Shown here: positions 23,501 through 36,823 of the stretch, piece after piece
How positions within the stretch are numbered: the stretch's first letter is position 1
How the letters are laid out: the number at the start of each line of letters is the position of its first letter
Assembly: GCF_003704095.1 (NCBI RefSeq)
Contig: NW_020845755.1
Coordinates: forward strand, 434,001 to 498,000
Length of the DNA: 64,000 bases
Source: Pocillopora damicornis
Taxonomy: Eukaryota
Reading direction: 5' to 3'
The notes under the pieces: generated by a model
Told to the model about the DNA's origin: nothing
What the model saw: only the letters and a program-made list of their open reading frames with translations
Database searches by the model: none
Translations under genes and position numbers: made by a program

Positions 23501-26500
23501 AGTCTGCATCTTGGAAGGGAACCTAGGGTTGAGAATTGGACATACTGATTTTTATCAAGCATGGGACTTATCAAATTTCGTTGTAATCATTGTGTTTCCT
23601 TAATGTGATCCTTTGATTGTGTTTAAGTAACCCCAGTTAGGTGCACTGTAGAGGCTGTCAGTATGCAACCATAGTGCGTCCTTATTGAGCACTACTTGTA
23701 TCCAAGAGGATAACTGCTGCCTCCTGAGGTGCTCTTATTGTAGCTTAGGGGATCATTTCTTATCTCCCTTACTGTTCAAGATTTATTATTTTTGATAAAA
23801 TGTCATGTTTTCACTTCTATAAGTCAACTTGAAAAGTGTTGAACCTACTAGCTTTTCTGTTTCCAATAATTGTCATGATGTGTTTGAACTCTTAAAAGAT
23901 ACAGATTAGGTATTTTGTTATTTATTTGAACTACTGCTTCTGGGGACCAACAAAAATATTATAAAGCTCAGAAAAAGTGGTCTCTACAGCCACTTGGTTT
24001 GCTCCATTGGGAGAGCACTTGACTGCTCTATGGGAGGTTAAGAGTTCCAGCCTCAGAATGACTGCATCAGCAAATAGGATCTTAAAATAAAGGAGAATGT
24101 GCAGTCTTAGCATGTCCTCAGTAGATATTTGGACATCCTAGACTCTTGAATGAGAACTGTAAAGGGTAGGCCCTTTTTCTTGTATCTTCAAATTCAATCA
24201 GTTAATTAGCTGGAGTGATTAAAGAACCCAAGCAGATGTGCTATTTCTAAAGATTAGTGATTGAAATTATGCCTGTGGTAACCGGGTAGTCAGTCTGTGT
24301 TGCAGCAGGTCCAAATTAGATTATCACTGCCAAATTACAACCTGCTTAATCAACCAGACAAAGTGAATGAACAAGTGAACAGTTAAACAGAAATCAAATA
24401 TACAAAACTATCATAATTATTATTGTTGTTATTATTTACTAGAATGGGTGCAACTGTGTTTGTACAGCCCCTAGATTTGGTCAAAAACAGGATGCAGATG
24501 AGTGGTGAGCATTTATTTGTTATTTTTAAATTTCAAATTCCAGGTATTGTATTTCTGTTGTTCTGATTGGTTCACTCTACACTGCTTAAAAGCTCTTATA
24601 CAGAATTGCCTTATTTAGAAAATGTTTTATTCAAGTGTTGCTAAGCTGGATTAACTTTTGGCTGGAAACAAACACTTCTCCTGTACATTGTGGATAATTT
24701 AATGTAATAAAACAGTTATTCCATATGCATTTGTTGGATACAAGATTGATTGGCTGTGGCCAACAGGGTGCCATATCTAACGCATGCACATGGAATAACT
24801 GTTAAATGACAATCTGAATCAGTTACATTAAATTTAACTTAATGTTATCCCACGCAATGTCATCTGATATTTCCTGTTGTTTCTTATTCATCAGGACTTA
24901 AGTTTACCCTGGATTAAAACAACTGACTGTTTGAATGTTAATTCCTTTTAGTTTTATGTTTATGTTGGATTAATGTAGCTGTTAGCAAGCTAATTGGATG
25001 AACAATGATTTTTGTTAAGTGTTATCCAAGGTTTTCATGCACAGATAATTTCACCATTGAACAATTACAAAGTTGGACTTTGAGAGGTTAATATTGATGC
25101 AAAATACTCCCACATACAGGAAGCTGTTGTCTATAAATATTTCAATTGCCTGAAGACTTTTCAACATTACATGTGTCTCAATATTATTCATTTAGGGGTT
25201 GGTGGTGCTGCAAAAGCACACAAAAGTAGTCTACATGCAATTGCCTCCATTCTGAGACAAGAAGGAGTTTTTGGTGTCTATAATGGGTTAGTTTGTTGAA
25301 TAATGCAAACATGTAATTGAGCACTTATGGTCTTTTTTGTAATTATTGTATTTGCTGTGTTCGATAACTTAGCTATCTCTCTGTGACATAATGACTTACA
25401 GGGCTTGAATGAGTTAACATTTCTTTGTACAGATTATCTGCTGGTCTGTTAAGGCAAGCAACTTACACAACAACACGACTGGGTGTGTTTACTTCGCTCA
25501 TGGAAAAATTTAAGAGGTTGGTGATAGAAATTACCATTTTTAGAGCAGGGTCAGAACTATCTGAAATATTACCGTAAAGGGTCCCTTGATCTACATATAC
25601 CCTGACAAGGGTTTCAATAAGTTTTGATGTAGATGGTAAAGACTACAAAGTAATCAGCTAATGGAAGAGTGATCTGTTCTCTAATGGTGATGATTTCATG
25701 GAAAATAGGCAGCGATTTTGCTTAAGACTGATGGCAAATTTTGCAGATCACTGGCTCTTCTTGAAACCCCTGTATGAAAGGCCTGTCACAATGCTACATT
25801 TTACACTGATTATTGTACATCTATGCCTGACTTGCCATTGAAATATTTTCTACTTCAATTGTAACATCTTTGTTTAAAGAGCTTGAAATGATGAAAAGAT
25901 ATTGTGGCTCTCTGAAATTCTGACTTTAGTTTTAACATAAAACACTTTTCTAATTATTATGCCTTGACAATTCCTTTTTTAAACTATCAGCTGTTATCAG
26001 GTAATGTTTTAGGTAAGATGTATTGGGTGAGCTGGATGGAGAGAGAAAGCCACATTATTTACTTACAAGTCTTATTTGGCATTCTGTATATGACACAATA
26101 TTCTTTGCAAGCCTTTTCAAATTATTTGCCAATCTGCCTTATTTAGTAGTTTGTGGATAGGATCCGCGTAGAAAAACACATATCATCCATAAAGAACTGA
26201 GTCTGGCTCTCTAATTTCATGCCACAAAGCATCTAAGGTTATTAACCATTTACTACTGACCGTGCTTCATAAGCCAATGTGCCAACTGTCTTAAACTAAT
26301 CTTTCTGCATTGACCAAATCCAATTTGAAATAACTGACAAACTTGCTCAACAGCCAAATAAATGGAAACATGCTCTGTGTTGAGGAGCTGGTAGACCAGA
26401 TGAAATTAGGAGAACTGCATCTCAATCCACTGGTCATGAAGTAAAGAGGGGTGGGGAGAGTGCATTGAGGTGAATTGGTTAGTGAACATTGTGAAATTGT

Positions 26501-29500
26501 TTTTGAGCCTCTTCAAATGGACCTGCTAGGTGGATTTTTAGGCCCAAGGATGGGGACCCTCAACTCTCCTCCCTAATTGTTTGCTTTCCTAGCTTAATTA
26601 TTAACAGGAAATTAATTTTAAAAAGTTTGCATCTTATATTGTGCAAATAAACTACATGTAGTTAACGGTTTGGAATAGTATCTAGATAAACACTTATATT
26701 AACTTATGTATAAGATTTTTAGCTGTCATGTTTTATCTTTATAATCACTTCAGTTGTGATTGTTATGTTTTTTGTTTAGCCCTGATGGAACTCCACCTTC
26801 TTTTCTCATGAAATGTGCTCTAGGTTAGTGTTTCTACCTAATTGTTATTAACAATAGTAGCACAAGTGATAGGCTACTACAGTTTTGTTTTGATCAAATT
26901 TGATGGATTCTGCCCTGTTAGCCTGTTTAAAGTGTAAAAATGTGGAAATGTTTTTGACAACATATATGCAACAAGGGTAAAAGTGGCACAAGTTTCTTAA
27001 ATTGGTCAAGTGATTGGAAGTTGTAAAAGTAGAGAACAGTTAACTGTTTTTCACTACTGATGCATAATTGCAGTTGTAGGGTTGACCACAATTATCAGTT
27101 ACTGATGTAGGGAAGACTCGTGCAGTCTCACTTTCAAGAAGACATTCTCTGTATAAAGAGTGTATTTATTACAATGCAACATTTCTAAACAACTTGAGCA
27201 CCTTGAACCACTTTTCTTTGTACAAGTAAATGTTTGGAAATTGAAGGGTGATCATTGTTTTAATTCAGGAATGACAGCTGGAGCTGTAGGCTCATTTATT
27301 GGTACACCGGCAGAGATATCCCTCATAAGAATGACTTCAGATGGAAGGTTTGTTACAACATTATTTATATAGACGTAATATGTTGTAAGAAATCTAGATG
27401 CAGACAATACAATCAGTGGTATTGTAAGTGGAGTTTTCTTGGGGCAAGATAGCAATACCTGTAGATCTGTTCCTCCCATATAGCACAGCAGTTGGCATGT
27501 TTATTACTTCACATATAACAGTAAGAGTTGTATCCCACACCCAATAAGACCAGACTCTTTATTGTGCACTTAGGTCTGAGTATTACAATTGTATTAAGAC
27601 ATTATCCAACTCCAACTTGACAATCTTTCCTTTATCTTTCCCTGTCTGCTTGAAACCATGTTTTTGTAGTGAGAAACAGTAAGCTGTTAGCTCATTGGAG
27701 TCAGAGGGCTGTTAAACTACCTTTTTAAACTAAAGGTTACGTTTTCTTGTAGATTTTTGCAAGCTAAGGTGACATATTTACTGGTATTATCTTTCATTCA
27801 AATGAATTATGAAAGGTGATGTTTCTTTCACGAGCCCTTCGCTAGAGATGCGCTATTGGAAACAAGGAGGGGGCAGGTAGCACAGAACCCTTGAAATCAC
27901 TGAAACCTCGTACATGTACGTTCACCTCCTCTCAAAAAAAAATCAACCAAAAAAATACAGACAGTTTGTTTGCCTTCCCCCCCCCCTCCCCTTCTTTTTG
28001 GAGCAAAGATGTTTTGCTGTGATCCAGCATTAATAAGCAATACACAAAAATAGATAATTTTTAAAAATACCCTACTTAGCAATTGCTCGTTAATAGGCAT
28101 AACTGAACTAATTGTGTTGAACATAAATTCTTTGTTTTATTTAACAGGCTTCCTGTAGAACAACAGCGCAAATATACAAGTGTGTTCAATGCCTTGTACA
28201 GAATAACTAAGGAGGAAGGAATTCTGACTCTTTGGAGGGTAAGAATGATTCGATGAAAATAGTTTAAGATTCATTAACGCCGACAAGCCGTTTATGTATC
28301 CACTGATCCAACTGAGCACAGGGCTATAAAATGTTGAAAACTCTTTGGTGAACAAGGCTCTTTTGAAGATATCAGGCAGACAGGTCTCTAGGCGTCTCGG
28401 TGCTTTACTTTATTTTGAACTCTTTTGTAGGGATGTGGGCCAACTGTTTTTCGAGCTGTTGTAGTGAATGCAGCGCAGCTGGCGACATACTCTCAAGCAA
28501 AACAAGGCTTGCTCTCCACAGGTTTGTTGAATTACAGAAGCCTTTCATATCCTAATGTCTCCTTACTGTGGTCATGTCTTTAGCTCAAACGAATTTAAGA
28601 CCCATGTTTTCCTTGCTTTACAGTGTCGTTAACAAGATCTTAAATGCATGAAAAGATCTTAGATGCATGACGAAATGTCTGATGGTTTATTTGGTGTGTA
28701 GAAGAAAAACGTCCGGGTCCACATGAGATGAGCACATGTAGGATTCTAGTTTACACTTCGCACGCTGCACCTCACGATTATTAAAGGATCATATTAGTTG
28801 TGCAATAATTGAAAACATTGATGTTTGTGTTTGCAGCTTATTTTAAAGATGATTTGCTGTGCCACTTTGCAGCCAGCATGATAAGTGGTTTGGCGACTAC
28901 TTTAGCTTCTATGCCTGTTGATATCGCCAAAACTAGGTTAGTAATAACTTTTCTCATTTAAATAAATTGAGATGTATACTTGTACAGCTGAGAGTTGCAA
29001 CAGAATTACAACGCATGGCAACCACCTACTTGTGTAATAAAGAATTAATGGGCCTCGATAGCAGAATAACATTGAAACTTTCAACTTTAGTTGGTTGATA
29101 GCATCTAAGCCGTTCAGTATTTATCGTTCCAACCTTTTTTGTAGGATTCAAAATATGAAGATTATCGATGGAAAGCCTGAATATCGTGGAGCCCTGGTAA
29201 GAATCTTTTAAAGCTAATTGTTTTCAAAAGTGCGACGAACCCTTTTCGAATATGATTATTTATGGCCTGCACTATTGCCACTATGGTGTTCAAAGTCCGT
29301 TACACGTGATTGTTTTTCTTTTTCCAACTTTCTTTCACAGTCTCTAGCCGAGAGACCCAAGTTCCCTCTATCGCCGCCAAGTTTATAGTCCTCCTAGTTA
29401 TCCACAAGTAGACTCTGAAGTAAAGAAATAGCGCCATGAATTATCCTATTCATTCCTTTCTTTTGCTTGTGTTTCAGGACGTTTTTGTGAGAGTGATCCG

Positions 29501-29648
29501 TCAGGAAGGGATTTTCGCGTTGTGGAAAGGATTCACACCATACTATTTTCGTCTTGGTCCGCACACTGTTCTAACGTTTATCTTCCTCGAACAATTTCAA
29601 AAGCTGGCGAAAAACTTCTATGGTGTGTCTAGTGGTGGCGGTCTTTGA
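20552..29648 (+). CDS. SLC25A11: Mitochondrial 2-oxoglutarate/malate carrier, 309 aa, 11 coding exons
   Basis: Exons 20552-20616, 24443-24504, 25196-25286, 25433-25516, 26780-26823, 27269-27347, 28148-28238, 28431-28521, 28837-28936, 29145-29196, 29478-29648 (930 nt, all GT-AG). Three carrier signatures PLDLVKNR, PAEISLIR, PVDIAKTR, plus GLLRQATYTTTRLG and RLGPHTVLTFIFLEQ. Confidence 0.95.
21071..21916. mobile_element. Non-autonomous TIR element in SLC25A11 intron 1
   Basis: Starts GAGGGTCTCCAATAGG and ends CCTATTGGGAACCCTC (inverted). GGGAT(C/T) subrepeats lie near both ends. Confidence 0.6.
23988..24230 (+). mobile_element. Degenerate tRNA-derived SINE
   Basis: tRNA-like head TGGTTTGCTCCATTGGGAGAGCACTTGACTG...GGGAGGTTAAGAGTTCCAG with decayed A/B boxes, followed by a non-tRNA body. 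Too degenerate to be a tRNA. Confidence 0.4.
24711..24804. repeat. Short palindromic MITE-like element
   Basis: AACAGTTATTCCAT...ATGGAATAACTGTT inverted ends, with an inner GTTGGATA/TATCTAAC pair. Confidence 0.55.
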
Positions 29649-31490
29649 GGATAGGTCAGCTTGGCTGTGATGAATGATTCTTGTACAGTTACAAATTCAT
29701 CTTCTGAATGACATGGAGGGATCATTTGACAGAGGAAGAATTTATTAATAAGTTCAATAATGTTTAGGCGATGGTCATTGCAAATAGCTATGCAGAAATA
29801 ATTAATTTCAATGACGAATAAGACTCCATAGACCTACTGAGACGGCGATGGTCTCCGTCTTGGACAGTGAGCTCACCATGTCTTATTCTGAAGATACATG
29901 GATTAACGAATGAGACCTGAAAACTCTGCAAATACGTAATGACTGTATGAAACTCCTCTATAGGTAACTTATTGGTAAATTTTTGTGATGTTGGTATTAA
30001 ATTTGTTATGTTTTATAGCTTCAGCGATCATTTTTTCAAAAACAAATGTCTTTATACGTATGCCAATTTTTTCTTAACATCTCAAGCCAAGACTTGGAAA
30101 TGGGAATTTCGATCGTGAAACCTTATGGTTGATATCCTCATTATTTGTTTACTCCCATCGGTTTTTATTATTTTTTGGACAGAGACACTTAGTAAATAAA
30201 AAGATTATCGTTCATGTCTTTGAAACTCGGTAATTGAAAGACAAATTTCACACAAAAGTAATTTGGCTCAAGAATTTGTTAGATGGAGACGATAACGGGT
30301 TAGCTTGGCATGCAAAAAAAAAGGTGAGTGTGTCATTTGAATCTTGTAAACTCGAGCGATTTTAATCTGCTCTTTCGATACAATTCTGTGACCATTTACC
30401 CATCCTGATTAACCCTCATCTGAAAAATACATTTTTGCTTTCGATTCATAGTTTTTAAATTTGTTTTGTGGAAGGAACTGAAATTGCAGAAATGAAAGGT
30501 GTACAAGACAGCTCTATGTGGCTTCAAAAAATTGACAAAACAAAGATCAAATATTCTTCCGGGCGAGAGAGTAACCTTTGCATTCACTATCCGTTCACGT
30601 CACACAATTTCTGTCAGAAACAAAATTTAAAAGCAAGATCGAGGTTTTCGGTAAATGTTGAAGGCTGAGTAAAGCTTTGACAAAAGTTGGAAAATTTAAT
30701 CTATTTCCATTCATAGGAACATTTATTGCATAAAATTTAAGATAACTGTTGACAGTTGTTTACACAATATAAGACGCTGACCTGTATCCTCTCAGCAGTA
30801 TAAGAATGAGTCTTATTATCTTTGAGGCACCAAATCACTAACAAGCTTTGCCGAGTGTTCTGCTCCTTTTTTCAAGAGAGCGACAAACATTTTCTATCGA
30901 AATTATCCTTAATAGAAAACATTTGTTTTTGCAGCTGTTTTTAAGCTTGTTAACTAAATTTGTCTAGTGAGTAATCTGGTGGTTACAGAACACAAATGTG
31001 GTTAAATTTTCTTCGTAGTAAACATTCTAGCAAATAAGTGTCACAGCATTTGCGCAAGAAACCAATAGCCAGAGAGAAATTTCAGAGTATGCCTTCGAAC
31101 CGTCAACCATGAGAACACGGAGATATTCAAATATTCATAGATGAACTTTGTTATCAATTACTCTGACATAATTAGCCATTAATTATTTGCACAGAATGGG
31201 TGAAGTCTTAGAGGTAAACCGCAAGTTGCTGAAAAGGACATCGATTTTCTTAGCATAGAACTGATTTGAACCAGTGAAAAACCAAGTTGTTTTGTAACTG
31301 AAAGAGTAAGATAACTTGCTTTTCCCTGTAGAACTCTGACGGAGCGGTTTCAGCGATCTGAAAAAAACGTTCAGTGCAATCAAACACATGTTTATTACGA
31401 AATGAGCTCATGAATTTCAAATGACTTTTAGCTTGTAAAGGAATGAGAGCATTGCAAACGCATAATTAGAGCACCAGGGACGAATTGGAC

Positions 31491-34322
31491 ATGGAAAGAC
31501 TTCGCATTATGGGCCAGAATTCCAACGAAAATGAAGCAGAAGTGGCAGCAGTCATGAACAGAGATGACAAGTCTTGTCATAGGAAGATCGATTGGAACGC
31601 TGTAAACAGAGGGCCAAGGATTGTTATAAATATTTCTGGGCAGCGATACGAGACCTATGAAAAGACGCTTGAATTATTTCCTGAGTCACTTCTTGGAGAT
31701 AAAGAAAGAAGAAAGGACTTCTATGATCCGGTTAACAATGAATTTTTTTTCGACCGTAACCGCATTTGCTTCGAGTCGATACTAGCTTACTACCAAACAA
31801 ACGGAATTCTTATAAGGCCGCAAAGTATTCCACGGAAGGTATTTATAAGCGATGTTCGCTTCTTTGATCTCGGACCAAAGGCTTTGGTTCAAGCTGGTGA
31901 AGGATTGGAACAGCCTGTCGAACAAAATAAACGACTTTTACCAAAGAACAAAATACAGAGAAAAGTATGGGAGTTATTTGAACATCCAGACACTTCGAAT
32001 TTTGCACGAGGAATCGCCATTTGGTCCGTTTGTATAATTATCTTATCAATAGCTCTTTTTTGCGTCGAGACTTTGCCGCAGTTTCAGGAGGAGCCAGCTA
32101 AAACAGTTAATGGAACAGTCACTTCGTTTGCATCGAAAAAGAAAACAGATAACCCATTCTTCCTCATTGAAGCAATTTGCATCACCTGGTTTACATTAGA
32201 GTATGTAATTCGTTTCATTTTTAGCCCAAACAAGTGGAAATTCTTCATTTCAGTGCTAAATATGATTGACTTGGTTTCCATTATACCGTTCTATATAACT
32301 CTGCCTATGGAGGATTCAGGTAATGTTTCGTCACTCGCAGTTCTTCGCTCCGTCCGTCTCGTGCGAGTCTTTCGTATTTTCAAACTGTCGCGTTACTCGC
32401 GTGGACTTCAAATTCTGGGTCACACTCTGAGGGCGAGCTTGAGAGAGTTAGGCCTTCTGTTTTTCTTCCTCTGTATGGGAGTTGTTCTGTTCTCCAGTGC
32501 TGTCTATTATGCAGAAATCAGCAATGAGGATGGAAATGATTTCCTGAGTATTCCTCATTCATTTTGGTGGGCGATTATAACCATGACTACTGTGGGCTAT
32601 GGAGACATAACACCCAAGACTCTTGGTATGTATCCTATATGACTTTGGTTTTAAATATTTGCTCTTAAAGTTTGTTATTTTCTCATTATTGAATATTTCG
32701 TGGCTCTCGAAACTGATTACTATAAGTAAGTTTTGGTCACGAATCAAGAAATAACACACTTACGAGAATTGAATAGAAATCAAGGTATCTCTAGATGACA
32801 CTTTGTTTTAATCCATTGTTTACATCTGTGGGTAGAAATCAAACTGACCTTCATTTGTAGATCATTAAAAGGCAATCGTGTAAAAACAGAACAGTTGTAA
32901 GAATTACCGAAGCCTAAAATTGCAAGTCAAAAATTCCTGCCTTTGGTAGGAGACAATTTTTCTTAGAAAAATTCACGCGTCGATGATTTTCACGCGAAAC
33001 CTGGCGCTATAGGATTTTTTGAAACAATGCATTATTTAATTTCCATGTCATCTATTTTGACTGTGTAACTGTGGGATATGACATTCTTAAGAAAAGAACC
33101 CCTGCAAATGGAAACAGTGCTCGTCAGTAGTCTTGCAGAAAGCCGTGTATCTGATACAGCGATAAGCCTGATAAGTGACTTTCACTTAATTAAGGATCCT
33201 ATGAAAATCTTACATCTGAGTGATCTGTCAAAAGTGAGTGTTTGCTTTAGGTAAAGAATGCAATCAGAATGAGGCGTAAAAAAATCAGCAATTCTGACGC
33301 ATTCTACAAACAGGGCACTTCATTAGTTAAGTACGTTTTAAGACAAAAACAAATAAGGTATTTTAAATGTTCTCGCCAAAAAACCAGCATACTGCTCGCA
33401 ATTTGTGACTCAAGGCAGCATCCTTTGGGATGTTCACCTTGAATTTGATGTCGCCTATCGAGGGTCTGATAAACCACAACTCAGTCATATCGCAGGAAAA
33501 TCCAAATCTTTTATCCTCCCCTCATCATAACAAACAAATATCGCAATGATGTAAAACGTCCAAAAACGCACACTGAGGTAGACGCACTGGTGAAAGAGCG
33601 CGCGCCTTGATTCAGCGTACACCTACTAGTCAAGAGTCATGTCTAGAGGCCTGTGTTCCCGTGTTGGATAAAGACTTCTTTTATATTTTTTTTTTAAGAA
33701 AGAGCTATCTTATCGGGTTTTCATAGTTCTTATTTTAAAACAAGTTATAGGAAAAATGAAGTGGGTACAATTAAAACTCCTAAGATTATTAGCCTTTTGA
33801 GGCATCTTACTGAGTGTAGGGCTGTTTGTCTGGGAACTAGCGATTGACTCCGACTATTATTCACGTTATCCTGCAGGTGGAAAGTTAGTTGGCTGTTTCT
33901 GTGCCATCACAGGTGTGTTAGCCATTGCTTTACCAGTGCCAGTCATAGTCTCGAACTTCGCTTATTACTACTCGAAAGAGAATGATGGAAGGCATTCAAA
34001 CATGGATGGTGAGGATGAAGACGACGAAATAGAACAGGAAAATGAGCTAGTAAAGAAAGAAAAACATGTAAAGAAAAAAATCTCATTAAATTGTACTGCA
34101 AAGATATGTCGAACAAATAGAGGCAATGATACAGTACAAATAAAAAGAAAACGAAAATTTGCAACGGTGAATTATCCTGACACGCTGTATAATGCTTTAG
34201 ATTCCAACGCAAACAAGGATCACCAAAATGGATTGGCAAACGCCAACCCAGTTAAGGACGAAAACGATCAAAAGAGCTACGAAAAGGAGACTTCTTTGTC
34301 GCAAGTAGAGACAATCGTCTAA
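31491..34322 (+). CDS. KCNA: Voltage-gated potassium channel, Shaker/Kv1 subfamily, 526 aa, 2 coding exons
   Basis: Exons 31491-32625 and 33877-34322 (phase 1, 1581 nt). T1 domain ([20 protein letters not shown]), S4 [16 protein letters not shown], pore TTVGYGD, S6 [11 protein letters not shown] and C-terminal ETIV. The specific orthologue cannot be assigned. Confidence 0.95.
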
Positions 34323-35117
34323 ACACATTCTGGAATACAGGAAATGTCACGTGCGACTAGGGAGACATCACGTTCAGTCATTGGCCCACTCTCAGCTGGC
34401 GGGATACCACAATGAGGTTAATATGATGACTTACTCTGTTTTCCAAAGTAAGGGCATCTATCTATGGAAGGTTTTCTATGATTGGCAGCCCATTGTGGAA
34501 CATTCGGTATGACCACGAAAAGGGCTTCTCAAATGTTACCACTGAAATCTTAGCAGGTAGGAGGCCTTTAAGGCCTCATGAACGTCGGTTTTAAACGGCC
34601 TTTGTTGAAACTCATGTATCCCTTCCACGGCTGCGGATCAGTGTGTTATTCAGGTGATAAAATGAAAAATTTCAGCTCTGGTAAAACCAGCTGTGATCAC
34701 TGTCCGTTTAAAGACTTTAATTCTTCGTTGTCCTCCAGAAGAGGTTATAAAAGAGAAAGACGTTCTTTCCTCTAATAAACACGGTTTACAGTGACCGAGA
34801 CTGTGCGCAAAATACAAAAGATTTGTTGAAATTCTTGTTGAAATTTCTGTAGATAGAAGTTAGGCTTCGAGAGAACTGATGGTAGAAAGGGACGAGAGAT
34901 TTCCCTGCCTGGCCAGTGGTTTTGAACTTGGAACTGAAATTCACGGCAAATCATGCCGCGTTAGTCTTTGGACTTAAATAAATACCAAAAATATATTCAA
35001 ATCTGTTTCAGTTATTTGAAGTTAAACCTTATAATTTGCTCCTTCATTATTGAAACTATTAAATTTTTCTACTTTAGGAAACAACCTTCCCAATTCTATG
35101 ATAATTTGGTCAGATGT

Positions 35118-35562
35118 AAATTGGCCACCGTAAAGAGTTTTTAAAGCTGACATATACATAGAGCGCTATCCCTTCATCAGAGCAAATTTCTTTGGCATCG
35201 TGGTCATTACGAGTAGCAATTTTTCAGTTTTTTTTCTTTTTCTGTCAACTGGAGTAAATTAAAAACTTGAACGATTCTCTAATTAAAAACTAACAAACAA
35301 ACAAACCACCTAATAGTTACAAATCAACCTTACCGGAGCGATTCTCTGGTTATCATTTTTGTGTAGAACGCATGCGCAAGAGACCCGTGGTGGGGTGAAC
35401 GAACAGTATAAAAAGGGTAAGTTTCTTAAGAAACAGTGGTGCAGCGTCGGTGGATAATACTTAATTACATGGTAATTAAGTATTATCAAATGAGTCAATA
35501 ACGTAAATTGGCCATCGAAAAGAGTTTTAAAGATGACGTTTCGAGCATTAGCCGTTCGTCAT
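35118..35562 (-). repeat. Two degenerate copies of the hammerhead-bearing dispersed repeat (family 1)
   Basis: AAATTGGCCA.CG.AAAGAGTTT..AAAG.TGAC... at about 35118-35183 and 35412-35562, homologous to 39883-40215 and 61248-61444. Confidence 0.75.
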
Positions 35563-36355
35563 TATTTTGTCAAATAATGACTTGCTGTCGCTAAGGATTG
35601 TAGTTCCGCTTAATTGCAGGCTGCTTTAATTATTGTGGATTGGCTTCGTTTCTCTGCGAAGCATTTAGGAGCTTGTACATTGCAAGCTTTACTGATTCCT
35701 GAATAAAACACCCCTGTTAAAAAACAAAAGCGGCATTAATTGACCAGTTTTTTACCCCAAGTCAACTTCATGTTGAAGACGAATTTAAGTTTAAAGAAAA
35801 AGAATTGTTTACCGTTGTCACCAAATCCAGTGTTTTTTCTTTTGTTTTTGTTTTTGTTTTGTTTTTTACTTATTCATATCACGACAACTACACTTTGGAA
35901 AAATTTAGTTGGTTGATTTAACCCATTTGAGGCAATGCAAAATAATCATTTTGGTTTTATGAAAATGCCAGAACAAACCATAGAAACTCGATGAAAACGC
36001 CAAAAAAGAGCATTTTTACTTTTCTCTCTGACTTTTTAAGCTCCCCTGTACATAGCTTGTTCTGTAGATGCAATTCAGCGCCCGTATATTTTACAAGCCT
36101 CGAGGAAATCGTCAGTTTCATCCCTAACACCTGTTGTCAAATGCTTAGTTATGATTTTATGTTTTTAAAACCATTGTCGCTGTTGAAATACTAGGATCAG
36201 ATTGGAAAGACCCTTAGAAAAGTCACGAAACTGATAGAATCGTAGTCGTTTATGATCAATTAAGTGGGAAAAGGGTATGTCTGGTCAAAAAAAAAAAAAA
36301 GAACAATTATTGTTGTAAAGTGGGCGGGAAAATTGAGTATCCTCAGGGCCCTTAA

Positions 36356-36560
36356 CCCTTTAACTCCCAATATCTCTTTAGCAACTCTTCTTACTGTCTG
36401 CCATACAGTTCTTGTGATGTTAGTTTTGAGAATTTGGTATTGGATCAGCTAATAATCCTCTAACTGATATTTTTCTTTATTCTCATCAATTTGCCCGCTT
36501 GATATTGTCTTGATATCGTAAGGAAAAATTATGTCTTGGTCACTTATGGGAGTTAAAGGG
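36356..36560. mobile_element. MITE with CCCTTTAACTCCCA TIRs at a TTAA-like site (piggyBac-type ends)
   Basis: TTAA|CCCTTTAACTCCCA ... TGGGAGTTAAAGGG|CTAA. It lies about 260 bp upstream of the UBIAD1 ATG. A related copy is at about 56364-56582. Confidence 0.75.
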
Positions 36561-36823
36561 CTAAGATAAAAAAAAATTGTGAGGACTTAAGACTCATCCC
36601 TCAAGATCCACCTCTTCTCCAGCGCTAAGAATTTAACCCGACGAAAGTGAAGGAACAGAATTGAAAATAGAAGAGTTACACGTCCTACTGTTACCAATAT
36701 CAAGGTGCGAGGAGGCCTGGTCAAAAGTTCGCGGCTCAGGGGACTAAATGTGCTCCGTACATGAAGAATCTTAGGTAGAATCGTTGTACGCGCAGTCTAT
36801 TGACTCTAAGCACTTGAATTGTT

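Noticed and set aside
23988-24060. tRNA-like sequence
   Set aside because: The stems and T-loop are broken and a SINE-like body follows, so it is not called a tRNA.
29646-29654. SLC25A11 ends SSGGGL-TGA-GGA-TAG, resembling a Sec-Gly-stop terminus
   Set aside because: I could not fold a convincing SECIS in the following ~550 nt, and carriers are not known selenoproteins. A SECISearch run would settle it.
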